Origin: Accumulibacter sp.
Lineage (GTDB): Bacteria; Pseudomonadota; Gammaproteobacteria; Burkholderiales; Rhodocyclaceae
Length of the DNA: 64,000 nucleotides
Assembly: GCF_029255285.1 (NCBI RefSeq)
Contig: NZ_JAPUVI010000041.1
Span: 8,986 to 72,985 of the forward strand
Direction: 5' to 3'
Positions 58,631 to 64,000 of the stretch are shown one piece after another. The notes beneath the pieces are model-generated. The model was not told the origin of the DNA and did not search any database. It was given only the letters and a program-made list of their open reading frames with translations. Position 1 is the stretch's first letter. Each line of letters begins with the position of its first letter. The translations under genes and the position numbers were made by a program.

Positions 58631-60850
58631 ATGTTGAGTGAACTGACAAGCAAGGTCGTTTTTTCCCGTGCCACGCTGACCAACGATTTTTGGGGTGGGC
58701 TGGCGGCGATGCTCGTCGCTCTGCCTTCGGCAATTGCGTTTGGCGTCACCATTCTGGCGCCTTTGGGTGGCACCCTGGCGGCACAGGGTGCGCTCGCCGG
58801 AATCCTCGGCGCCACCGCACTAGCGCTGGTGGCGCCTTCGTTTGGCGGCAGCAGCCGGCTGATTACCGCCCCCTGTGCGCCGGCGGCGGCGGTTCTGTCG
58901 GCGCTGGCGCTGACCTTTTCGCAGCAAGGCACGCCGGCCGAAACGATTCTGCTGATGCTCGGCTTGATCGGTCTGCTGTCGGGAGCCATCCAGATCGGCC
59001 TCGGTCTGGCGGGCATCGGCCGTCTGATCAAGTTCATCCCCTTTCCGGTAGTCAGCGGCTATTTGAGCGGCGTCGGCCTGATCATCATTGGCAGCCAGAT
59101 CCCCAAGTTTCTCGGCGTAGCGAATGGCACGGCGCTGGTCGACGCCGTTTCGTCACCCGGCATTTGGTCATGGCCGGGAGTGGTTGTCGGTGCCGTGGCC
59201 ATGGCCACCATGGTTTTGACGCCACGTCTGACGCGTACCATCCCGGCGGCGATTCTCGCCCTGGTGGCGGGTGTCGCCTGCTACCAGTTGCTCGGGGCGA
59301 TGGACCCCGAACTACTGACGACGCAGGGCAACCCGCTGCTCGTCGGAAGCTTGAACACGGGCGACGTCGGCCTTGCCGATTCGATGATTCAACACTGGAA
59401 GGCCTTCCGGGTGCTCAACGTCGAGACGGTGAGCAAGGTTCTCGTGCCCTCACTGACGCTGGCGGTTCTGCTTTCGATCGACACGCTCAAGACCTGCGTG
59501 GTGATCGACGCCATGACCAAGACGCACCACGACTCGAACCGCGAACTGGTCGGGCAGGGTTTGGGCAATATCGCTTCGTCGATGATTGGCGGCGTTCCGG
59601 GCGCCGGAACCATGGGGGCTTCGCTGATCAACATTTCCAGCGGTGGCACGAGCCGCGCTTCCGGATTGATGTGCGGCGTCTTCTCGCTGGTTGCCTTTCT
59701 GCTCCTCGCACCGCTTATCGCCTGGATACCGGTTGCCGCGCTGGCCGCTATTCTGATGGTCATCGGTTACCGCATGATCGACCAGCACAGTCTGCATTTC
59801 TTCTTTACCCCGACGACACGTCTCGATTTCGTGGTGATCGTGGCAGTGATTCTGGTGGCGATTTTCGTCAACCTGATTGCCGCTTCGGGGGTCGGCGTTG
59901 CGCTCGCCATGATGCTGTTCATCCGCGAGCAGACGCGCAGTTCCGTCGTCAGAAATCGCATCGACGGACCGGAAATCTTCTCCAAACACGCCTATAAGCT
60001 GCGCGACACCGGGCAAGCGCTGGAACAAGCCAGGCAGGCGGTGGTCTTCGAACTCCAGGGAAGTCTGTTCTTCGGCACAGCCAGCCAACTGCAGGCGGCG
60101 CTGGAGCCGGAAATCGGAGCCCGTACCTACGTCATCCTCAGCATGCGACGCGTGCAGTCACTCGACGTGACGGCGACGCACGTGCTCGAGCAGATCAAGG
60201 ATCGGCTGGAAGAACACAACGCGTATCTGGTGTTTTGCGACATTCCCAAGGGCCTGCCCAGCGGCTTGAAGATGAAACGCTTTCTCAAGGAAACCGGCGT
60301 GGTCCGACCGACCAACAAAGCCTTCGCCTTCCGCCAACTGGACGAGGCACTCGAATGGGTCGAAACCAACGGCGGCGCCAACGCCGTCACCCAAGACACC
60401 GTCCTGCCCGCGATGGCTCTCGCGGACTCCCCTCTCCTGCGAGGAATCTCGTCCGATGGAGTGCGCGCGTTGAGTGCCGCTGTCAGCACGCGTCCGGTGC
60501 GTGCCGGCGACTTCGTCTTCAAGGTCCACGAGGACGACAATTCGCTGTTCATCGTACGCAGCGGGTCGGTCAAGGTGACGGTGCCGATCGACCGGAAGGA
60601 AAGTTATCATCTGGCTACGATCGGCCCCGGCGAACTCATCGGAGGCATGGGTTTCCTGGAGTCCAGTGGTCACGTGACCGATGCGCTGGCGCTCACCGAT
60701 GTCGAGGTCTACGTCTTGGCACACGAGGATTTCGACCTCCTCGCCAAGCAACACGGCGACCTTGCGCTGTCCATCGTGCACAACGTGGCGCTCAATCTAT
60801 CGATGCGCTTACGGGTCACCATCGGCGAGTTACAGGCTCTGCGCGGCTGA
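58631..60850 (+). CDS. SulP-family anion transporter with C-terminal STAS and cyclic-nucleotide-binding-like domains
   Basis: ATG at 58631 (a GTG at 58613 is possible). SulP membrane core, a STAS region (VVFELQGSLFFGTASQL...VILSMRRVQSLDVTATHVL), and a C-terminal CNB-like beta-roll (FVFKVHEDDNSLFIVRSGSVKV...GPGELIGGMGFL). Confidence 0.88.
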   Translation: MLSELTSKVVFSRATLTNDFWGGLAAMLVALPSAIAFGVTILAPLGGTLAAQGALAGILGATALALVAPSFGGSSRLITAPCAPAAAVLSALALTFSQQGTPAETILLMLGLIGLLSGAIQIGLGLAGIGRLIKFIPFPVVSGYLSGVGLIIIGSQIPKFLGVANGTALVDAVSSPGIWSWPGVVVGAVAMATMVLTPRLTRTIPAAILALVAGVACYQLLGAMDPELLTTQGNPLLVGSLNTGDVGLADSMIQHWKAFRVLNVETVSKVLVPSLTLAVLLSIDTLKTCVVIDAMTKTHHDSNRELVGQGLGNIASSMIGGVPGAGTMGASLINISSGGTSRASGLMCGVFSLVAFLLLAPLIAWIPVAALAAILMVIGYRMIDQHSLHFFFTPTTRLDFVVIVAVILVAIFVNLIAASGVGVALAMMLFIREQTRSSVVRNRIDGPEIFSKHAYKLRDTGQALEQARQAVVFELQGSLFFGTASQLQAALEPEIGARTYVILSMRRVQSLDVTATHVLEQIKDRLEEHNAYLVFCDIPKGLPSGLKMKRFLKETGVVRPTNKAFAFRQLDEALEWVETNGGANAVTQDTVLPAMALADSPLLRGISSDGVRALSAAVSTRPVRAGDFVFKVHEDDNSLFIVRSGSVKVTVPIDRKESYHLATIGPGELIGGMGFLESSGHVTDALALTDVEVYVLAHEDFDLLAKQHGDLALSIVHNVALNLSMRLRVTIGELQALRG

Positions 60851-60980
60851 ACGCTTCGTCGGCAGCGCGCTCCGCGGAACGCCTGACAAGCGAGGAATCG
60901 CGGCCACAGCCGGCAGACACTTCACGAGCCGAATCCGGGGTTTCTCGTCGCCCCGTATAAGTCGCGTGTCGCTGGCCGCC

Positions 60981-61382
60981 TCAGCCGCCGTCCGATACCA
61001 CCCGCTGTGCGGGCGGCGAACTCGGCTTCGCCGCCAAGTCGGCCAACTCGGCCTCGCCAAACACCCGCGAGCGCGTGTGAAACGCTTTTCCTTCCGGCCC
61101 TTCGAGCGAGAACGTGCCGCCGTGGCCGTCGATCACGTCGATGATCAGTTGCGTGTGTCGCCAGTACTCGTACTGCGACTTGCCGATGTAGAACGGGCAG
61201 CCGCCGATCTCACCGAGAAAAACGTCGCCGGCGCCGATCGTGATCTCGCCAGGCAGGTAACAGTTGGCGGCGCTGTTGTCACAACAGCCGCCGGACTGGT
61301 GGAACATCAATGGACCGTGCTTGCGCTTCAGAAACTCGATCAGTTCGAGCGCCGCTTCGGTAGCAATGACTTTTTCAACCAT
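60981..61382 (-). CDS. DUF779 domain protein
   Basis: Start at the ATG 61380-61382 (the ATG at 61394 is also possible). MFHQSGGCCDNS is characteristic, and the gene sits in the usual DUF779 position downstream of an aldehyde dehydrogenase. Confidence 0.8.
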   Translation of the reverse strand: MVEKVIATEAALELIEFLKRKHGPLMFHQSGGCCDNSAANCYLPGEITIGAGDVFLGEIGGCPFYIGKSQYEYWRHTQLIIDVIDGHGGTFSLEGPEGKAFHTRSRVFGEAELADLAAKPSSPPAQRVVSDGG

Positions 61383-61452
61383 GTCGATCTCCATGCGCCG
61401 GGGCGCCTGTCCGCCCCGGCGCGTGCTTTCCTGCCGAGTAGTGACAAGTGAA

Positions 61453-62973
61453 TCAGAAGAAGCCGAGCTTCCGCTCACTGTAGCTGACCAGCAAGTTCTT
61501 CGTCTGCTGGTAATGGTCGAGCATCACTTTGTGCGTTTCGCGGCCAATGCCGGATTCCTTGTAGCCGCCGAAGGCGGCGTGCGCCGGGTAGGCGTGATAG
61601 CAGTTGGTCCACACGCGACCGGCCTTGATCGCCCGGCCCATGCGGTAGGCGACATTGCCGTCGCGACTCCAGACGCCGGCACCGAGGCCGTACAACGTGT
61701 CGTTGGCGATCTCCAGCGCTTCCGCCTCATCCTTGAAGGTGGTAACCGCGAGTATCGGGCCGAAGATCTCCTCCTGGAAGATGCGCATCTTGTTGTGGCC
61801 CTTGAACAGCGTCGGCTGGACATAGTAGCCGTCGGCCAGTTCGCCGCCGAGTTGGGCCTGCACACCGCCAATCAGCACTTCGGCCCCCTCCTGCCGACCG
61901 AGATCGAGGTAGGACAGGATCTTGGTCATCTGCTCCTGCGAGGCCTGTGCGCCCATCATCGTATCGGTGTCGAGCGGGTCACCCAGTTTGATCGCCGCAA
62001 CGCGCGGCAAGACGCGCGCCATGAACTGTTCGTAGATCGACTCGTGAATCAGGGCGCGCGACGGGCAGGTACACACCTCGCCCTGGTTGAAGGCGAACAA
62101 CACGAGGCCTTCGATGGCTTTGTCGAAGAAGCTGTCGTCGGCCTGGGCGACGTCGGCAAAGAAAATGTTCGGCGACTTGCCTCCCAGTTCCAGCGTCGCC
62201 GGAATCAGGTTGTTGGCCGCCGCCTGGGCAATCAGGCGGCCGGTGGTGGTCGACCCGGTGAAAGCGATCTTGGCGATGCGGCGGCTGGTGGCGAGCGGCA
62301 TGCCGGCTTCGCGACCATAACCGTTGACGATGTTGAGTACGCCCGGCGGCAGCAGGTCGGCGATCATCTCGGCCATGATCAGGATGCTGATCGGCGTCGA
62401 CTCGGCAGGTTTGAGCACCACGCAGTTGCCAGCACCGATCGCTGGGGCCAGTTTCCAGGCGGCCATCAGGATCGGGAAGTTCCAGGGGATGATCTGGCCG
62501 ACAACGCCGAGCGGCTCATGGAAATGGTAGGCGACGGTGTTTTCGTCGATCTCGCTGATGCCACCCTCCTGGGCACGCAGGCAGCCGGCAAAGTAGCGGA
62601 AATGGTCTATGGTCAACGGGATGTCAGCGTTCAACGTCTCGCGCATCGGCTTACCGTTGTCCACCGTCTCGGCGTAGGCGAGCGTTTCGAGCTTGGACTC
62701 CAGGCGGTCGGCAATCCGCAGCAGCACGTTGGCCCGCTCGGCCGGCGGCGTGCGTCCCCACTTGTCGGCGGCGGCATGCGCCGCGTCGAGCGCCAGTTCG
62801 ATGTCCTCGGCAGTCGAACGGGCGACCTGAGTATAGGGCTTGCCGCTGATCGGTGTAACGACGTCGAAGTACTGACCCTTGACCGGGGCAAGCCAACTGC
62901 CGCCGATAAAGTTGTCGTAGCGGGCCTGGTAGGCGATCTTGGCACCGGGAGTGCCGGGAGTGGCGTAGCGCAT
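61453..62973 (-). CDS. NAD-dependent aldehyde dehydrogenase (506 aa, AcoD/ExaC/AldB-like)
   Basis: Start at the ATG 62971-62973 with a GGAG RBS. Catalytic blocks ELGGKSP and [12 protein letters not shown]. Confidence 0.93.
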   Translation of the reverse strand: MRYATPGTPGAKIAYQARYDNFIGGSWLAPVKGQYFDVVTPISGKPYTQVARSTAEDIELALDAAHAAADKWGRTPPAERANVLLRIADRLESKLETLAYAETVDNGKPMRETLNADIPLTIDHFRYFAGCLRAQEGGISEIDENTVAYHFHEPLGVVGQIIPWNFPILMAAWKLAPAIGAGNCVVLKPAESTPISILIMAEMIADLLPPGVLNIVNGYGREAGMPLATSRRIAKIAFTGSTTTGRLIAQAAANNLIPATLELGGKSPNIFFADVAQADDSFFDKAIEGLVLFAFNQGEVCTCPSRALIHESIYEQFMARVLPRVAAIKLGDPLDTDTMMGAQASQEQMTKILSYLDLGRQEGAEVLIGGVQAQLGGELADGYYVQPTLFKGHNKMRIFQEEIFGPILAVTTFKDEAEALEIANDTLYGLGAGVWSRDGNVAYRMGRAIKAGRVWTNCYHAYPAHAAFGGYKESGIGRETHKVMLDHYQQTKNLLVSYSERKLGFF

Positions 62974-63226
62974 GTCTTGTCTCCTCATTAAGGTATATCC
63001 GCGACAGCGTGCTCTGTGCGAGACAGTTCTGCGATCGTTGGTTCGCTTTCGCACTGGCACCCTGACCGATTATAGTCTTGATGCAAAGCCACTTTCATTC
63101 GATCGGCGGGGCTCGGACAAGAGGCGGCGCATCGTCGATGCCGCAGCCCAGGGAACGGCCGCCGTGCCTTGCGCCGTGTGGTCGCGGCCGGGGTTTGCTC
63201 GGCGAGCGACGAGGCGGCATAATCGA

Positions 63227-63775
63227 TCACGCAAAAACGCTGAAACCGATGGTGCGCGGCGCCTGAAAAGGCAACTGGTAAGCCGCGAGTGCGCTGCTGA
63301 CAGGCGGCCCGCGATCCGTCGCGTTCACCGCACTCCCTTCGCTGGCCAGTTTCTGCCGGGCCGCAGTTTCCATCCTGGTCGCCAGTGCCGCCACTCGACG
63401 GTCCTGCGACGACGGATCGGCCGGCGCCAGCGCCGCGGCACGAATCTGCTCCGCGCGGGCGATCGTTTCTTCCGCATCGCGGCCTTCCGAAACGTCGATA
63501 CTGACCTCGCCGGCCACCGCGTAGCGCTGCTTGTCAGGGCCAACCTGGTAGCTGAACGAAGCCGCGCCGACCAGCCCGCCACCGACCGCGACATGCGCCA
63601 ACTCGTGCGCACGCACCTTGCGGTCGACGGCGCGCAAGGCGTCGACCTGCCGCTGCTGGTCGACCGACAGGCCGTTCTGCATGTCGCTTCGCTGCTCGCT
63701 GCCGAGCGAGCGACCGCTGCCCCGCTCGACCGACGGGGAAAACGCAGTTTGCCAAGGCGAGAGACTGCTGATCAT
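63227..63775 (-). CDS. SprA-related family protein with an HExxH motif (putative metalloprotease)
   Basis: Start at the ATG 63773-63775. VRAHELAHV...YQVGPDKQRYAVAGEVSIDVS...IRAAALAPADPSSQDRRVAA matches my recollection of the SprA-related family. Confidence 0.7.
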   Translation of the reverse strand: MISSLSPWQTAFSPSVERGSGRSLGSEQRSDMQNGLSVDQQRQVDALRAVDRKVRAHELAHVAVGGGLVGAASFSYQVGPDKQRYAVAGEVSIDVSEGRDAEETIARAEQIRAAALAPADPSSQDRRVAALATRMETAARQKLASEGSAVNATDRGPPVSSALAAYQLPFQAPRTIGFSVFA

Positions 63776-64000
63776 GGACACCTCAAACGGCAGACGCTCA
63801 TATGCAAACTGCACTATAGATCTCGCGACGGAAGTTTTCCAGCCGCTGCCTGGAGGCGGCGCGAACCACAGTGAAACCATGACGCTCGCCGACCGGCCTT
63901 GCCTATCGTCAAAATCAGGTAGTGATCTACCAGACTGTCCAGGCCATCGGCGTCATACCGCCAAAAGTACCGTCGGAACGTCCGTTCGCACCCCCCAACA

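Noticed and set aside
63814-64000. An open minus-strand frame running in from the right window edge and stopping at 63814-63816, just upstream of the SprA-related gene.
   Set aside because: Only 62 codons are visible. The translation (…YDADGLDSLVDHYLILTIGKAGRRASWFHCGSRRLQAAAGKLPSRDL) shows no recognisable motif and has a random-looking, Arg-rich tail. I cannot distinguish a real 3' end from a shadow frame.

Overview
This is a GC-rich proteobacterial chromosomal backbone. Gene order (mnmG-rsmG-parA-parB-atpIBEFHAGDC, DUF971-ubiE-Tim44-ubiJ) and a PEP-CTERM protein suggest a betaproteobacterium, possibly Rhodocyclales-like; that placement is inference only. I can support about 60 protein genes, one tRNA-Leu(CAG), and a handful of promoters, terminators and operator-like sites.

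Content from left to right:
- Truncated HDOD gene.
- ECF sigma / anti-sigma / secreted-protein operon, with a divergent FecR-SPOR gene.
- Small orphan ORF with a near-consensus promoter.
- rlmD, a CDF transporter, a 1004-aa SNF2 helicase, yajQ, and argG-argF-argD.
- Several small envelope proteins.
- A signal-peptide-bearing (Lig E-type) ATP-dependent DNA ligase.
- tRNA-Leu.
- A plus-strand run: rnr, bluB, orphan napF-like ferredoxin, a 943-aa ACP/FAAL/acyltransferase fusion, a HIT protein and a 535-aa unknown, closed by a terminator.
- DUF971-ubiE-Tim44-ubiJ.
- The complete atp operon, then parBA, rsmG and mnmG.
- ahpCF with an OxyR-like operator.
- A receiver-TPR protein, a LysR regulator, and a liv-type ABC transporter with a fused permease-ATPase.
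- tauE-tam and rpsU-dnaG-rpoD.
- A PEP-CTERM protein.
- A SulP-STAS transporter with a degenerate cNMP domain.
- Aldehyde dehydrogenase-DUF779 and a SprA-related HExxH protein.

I found no rRNA, CRISPR array, IS element, integrase or recognisable defence island. Most of the window is ordinary core genome.

The best candidates for something undescribed:
1. The single-polypeptide ACP-FAAL-membrane-acyltransferase and its conserved-looking neighbours (bluB/napF-like, HIT, and the 535-aa protein with PilZ-like motifs).
2. An unexplained ~480-bp non-coding block between the ligase gene and tRNA-Leu.
3. The tRNA-Leu promoter that overlaps the rnr start codon.

All start-codon refinements, motifs and hairpins were read by eye. 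No searches were run.
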